Source of the DNA: Hypanus sabinus
Lineage: Eukaryota
DNA: 64,000 nucleotides
NCBI RefSeq assembly: GCF_030144855.1
Contig: NC_082725.1
Coordinates: 34,534,001-34,598,000, forward strand
Direction of reading: 5' to 3'
In this document: one piece after another, positions 60,810 to 64,000 of the stretch
Layout: each line of letters begins with the position of its first letter
Position numbering within the stretch: position 1 is the stretch's first letter
Position numbers and translations under genes: made by a program
The notes under the pieces: generated by a model
Told to the model about the DNA's origin: nothing
Databases searched by the model: none
The model's input: the letters and a program-made list of their open reading frames with translations, nothing else

Positions 60810-61545
60810 CATCATCATTAATAATTCAGCTAATTAATTAACTAAATACAATTTGGCTTTCACAAGCTAATTGCAATTCTCCCTCTAGCATGCAAATTTT
60901 ATGTAAATATCATGTCAATGCTGGACAGAATCACAGACAAGGCATTAATTGGCTTTTAATTATAGTTATCGCTGTGGAAATTTGTATTAATGATTTTAAT
61001 TAATGTGATTATATATAGCATTTTCCATTGTAATAATTTCTGTTTCTAAATGTTGCAAACAACTGATTATGTTTTAAGAAACAATTGGCTTGCTTTTGGG
61101 ACCGTTCCACAGCTGTACCTACATTCGTATCATCAGAGCACAACTCACTCTCCGCGCTTTTACCTTTAACACAAGTCAATCCATGTTTGCACAGCACATC
61201 CCTAGTAAGAACAAGTGTTTCAAAACTCTTAAAAGTTCCAGCTAATCTTTCTAAACTTTCCAATAGGGAGCTGCATATTATGCTATTTGCATAATTTCCC
61301 CTCATTAAATAATCAGCTTGATTTAATCCAAAAGTATCCCGTACATTACAGAATATACATTTAGATGCAATAAGTTGCATATTTCTTTTTATCTGTGCTT
61401 TGCTGCTAAAAATTAAACACCAATTCTATTTATAACATTTAGTTAGCTCATTAGAGGCTTTATTGTCATTGCTGAGGACAATGATATTACAGTGCTACTG
61501 CATTTAATGCAAATTTGCATACTGGCAATTCAATTACTCAAAACA
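60810..61545. promoter_or_regulatory. Candidate conserved non-coding element/enhancer (POU octamer and homeodomain site cluster)
   Basis: ATGCAAAT at 60890, ATTTGCAT at 61285, overlapping palindromic pair ATGCAAATTTGCAT at 61507-61520, dense TAATT/ATTA motifs, no recognisable repeat. Conservation not verifiable here. Confidence 0.4.
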
Positions 61546-61767
61546 CAATGACCAAATTTAAAATGACATCCAAGTTATTTAGAATTATATTGAAGTTGCA
61601 AAGAACTTGACTCCTCCTGAATGATACTCAACTCCCAAGAGATTTGGTACCAAATCAAAATCCTAGAACATTTTACCCAATTTTGTGGCGGTCCCTTTAA
61701 ACCTGAAGCAGATCAAGACAGTGACAAACCATTCAAGAGCAATAAATGCCGCCTTGGCCTCATTCAG

Positions 61768-62150
61768 GACCACAACCTTGTTGTAGGTTTTGGAGGCTTG
61801 CATGTCTCAATGACCCAGAGAGCTACGTTGGCTGGAGCCAGGGCTTTATGCTTTGGCTCTCGGTCGGGTCACCCATGCAAAACAGGTCAAAAGGTAGAGG
61901 CCAGATTAATACTGTTCGCTGGCCCACCAGGTTTAGGGGTTCAGCATAGTGCTAACAACCCTGACTGCTAAAACAAAATTGTTACGGAAATAGCAATGAA
62001 GATTTCTTTCACATCTTAATGCAATGGTATTCTTGAGTCTCCACCCATGGCTAACGGTGGTGAAAACCAAGAGGAAGCTACAGACACGATGAAGGAAGCA
62101 GAGATACAGGACATTCATTACACCACTGGCTTTTAGGGCAGCAATGGACT
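61768..62150 (+). mobile_element. RTE (Expander/BovB-like) 5'UTR-derived non-autonomous element, followed by a short inverted RTE tail piece
   Basis: 'cacaaccttgttgtagg..ggcttgcatgtctcaatgacccagagagctacg..gggtcacccatgc..acaggtcaaaagg..gaggccaga' resembles RTE 5' ends. 62113-62147 is the rc of 'cattgctgccctaaaagccagtggtgtaatg'. Confidence 0.65.
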
Positions 62151-63677
62151 AACAGGAAGGAAGTAGTAGGCTCATTCAGGCTCTAAATAGGTGTGGAATA
62201 ATAAAATTCCTTCTACTCTGTCCCAAATGATTTGCCCATTGAAGATTAAAATGTCATGAACACTCAGCATTCCAGGTTCTATTTACACACAAAACCAGAA
62301 TTAAAATTGTGTATCAATATATTAAAGTAGATTTAATGCCGAAAAGATTATTTTCTCTTAAAGGTTAAGCTATTAAAGCTATCAATGTTTCCAACATTTT
62401 CCTTTTACCATACAACTAATAGATATTTGCTCCTTGCACTTATACACAATACCATGCAACTGATACTTCAGGACAATCACAGGAACTCTACCCTACTACT
62501 GTATATTTGACTAGACTTCAGCTAGATTCCTCCTCTTTCCTGGGTGTTTCTTCCGAATCAGCCTGCAGATATGCAATTTGAAATACATTAATAAAACGAA
62601 AGTTGAATGGAATTTTATTTAAAATTCTTCTGCTATAAATGTTACAAATTTCAACTTTTCATAATACAAGTGTTTCTTTTTTAAATTATCACCATCTGAT
62701 CTTAAATGGTGATGGTCCTTGTAACAGCTTGCTCTCCAGCTAGACAAAAACAGCATAAATCTTGCAATTGGTACATGTAGCTTCAGAGAGGGAAAAAAAT
62801 CTGAGGCTGTCTGGCCACAATTCTGCACCGTTCATTTCTGATTCACAGCTAATTCTTTCAAAGTTACTGCCTTCCAAAATGTGGCTTCTGTGTACTGGTT
62901 GCCAACTAAATACAGTATTCGATGCTGACTTTCAGGCTTCAACAGATATCCAAGTGCAACAAGAGTCTGCAAGTGAAAACCACGGCTGAACCATAAGAAT
63001 CATCCTTCCCTGGGGCTGCCAGTCATAAATACTGGGCTCGGGCTGTACTGAGAAATATGACTTCATCCACAAGGTTTAAAATCTGAAAACACACAAGCTT
63101 TTGCATATTATTTCTAATGTTTAGCTTTCCTTAAAATTCTAGCTTCCTTTCTCTCAATTTTCCAACAAAAACTAATTGCTGATCTACTTCCACTAAGAGA
63201 TAGATGACACCAGCTAATGAGTGAATAACCAACTCATGGGAAAACCTACTGGCATGCCAGCTTTGCCCAAGCAGGAGCAATTGCACCCTGGAGTCTGAAC
63301 ATACCCCAATGAAGCCCCAATTCAGATGCTGCAGCATGGAACACTGATTGTCATTAGAATTTAACATTTCACTGAGATTTATCTGACCTTTTAGTTAGTA
63401 AAAGGGATCTAAGGAGTTATTACCAAGAGCAACAAAATTCTCCAAATGGATTGGTCCCCTTGGTTTTGCCTCCATCACTAGCTATTCATTCATTTCTCGA
63501 ATGATCAGCTACAATAGTGATGATGATTTCCAGAATATTTAAGGCACTTTAAAAATTAATTGCCATTTCACTGTCTATTAGCTGGAAAATCACAGATGGC
63601 ATTAGTGGCCAGTCTGTCAATAATGTCAGAACATCACTTAAAACGTGTTGTATGATAATGTAACCAATGCTATATCT

Positions 63678-63850
63678 CAAAACTAAAATGCAAAAGTGAT
63701 GGAAGTTTTAAATAAAATGATAGAAATATTCAGCATGTCAGACAGCATTTGTGGAGGAAGAAATGGAGAATCTTTATGAAGAAAGGCTTTTCCACTTAGA
63801 TATTAACTGCTTCTGTCTGCACCGAATCTGTCTGATCCACTGAAAGACTT
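63678..63850. mobile_element. Old palindromic Penelope-like mini-element remnant
   Basis: 'tagaaatattcagcatgtcagacagcatttgtggagg' versus 'tctgcaccgaatctgtctgatccactgaa' (degenerate inverted arms). Confidence 0.5.
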
Positions 63851-64000
63851 TAAGAGAAACTCAAAGCTTCAAAAGATAAAATTCAGATAGGTGGTTTTAG
63901 GGGATACGTATTATAAGATAAAGGTTATATAGTAAAATATTATCTTCAGCAACCAATGTTTAGACCTGAAAATGGATTGCAGGTTAAATTTAAAATGCAG

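Noticed and set aside
61768-61860. HDV-like ribozyme at the RTE-like 5' end
   Set aside because: Only a degenerate P3/L3-like piece (ACC-TTGTTGT-AGG); the nested double pseudoknot could not be assembled.
62860-63100. Strong minus-strand acceptor (gtgttttcag|) at ~63083
   Set aside because: All three frames hit stop codons within 60 nt. It could be a non-coding exon, but there is no evidence.

Overview
Eukaryotic, AT-rich, non-coding DNA. The repeat content (Neptune-type Penelope-like elements, Rex1/Babar and CR1 LINEs, V-SINE/HE1-like SINEs, RTE-derived elements, Tigger/pogo DNA transposons) points to a cartilaginous fish, most likely a ray or skate (inference). I found no host protein-coding exon, tRNA, rRNA or CRISPR array. 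The window looks like a large intron or gene desert with a few TAAT/octamer-rich, repeat-free islands. Nearly all ORF-track entries are spurious or decayed transposon fragments. Main highlights: (1) a 1.15-kb non-autonomous Helitron (40246-41398, minus strand) nested in a Tigger-like MITE. It carries a decayed, apparently self-contained ~131-aa ORF made of four 23-aa STPR-like repeats (69-bp period), with its own stop codon and AATAAA; the ORF track misses it. (2) Minimal hammerhead-ribozyme motifs in Penelope-like terminal repeats, including TSD-flanked palindromic mini-elements and one copy inserted into a Tigger transposon. (3) A Penelope-like insertion into the loop of a 19-bp hairpin. (4) A 174-bp local templated duplication with a duplicated junction. 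Family assignments come from motif recognition by eye, not database searches, and boundaries of old repeats are approximate.
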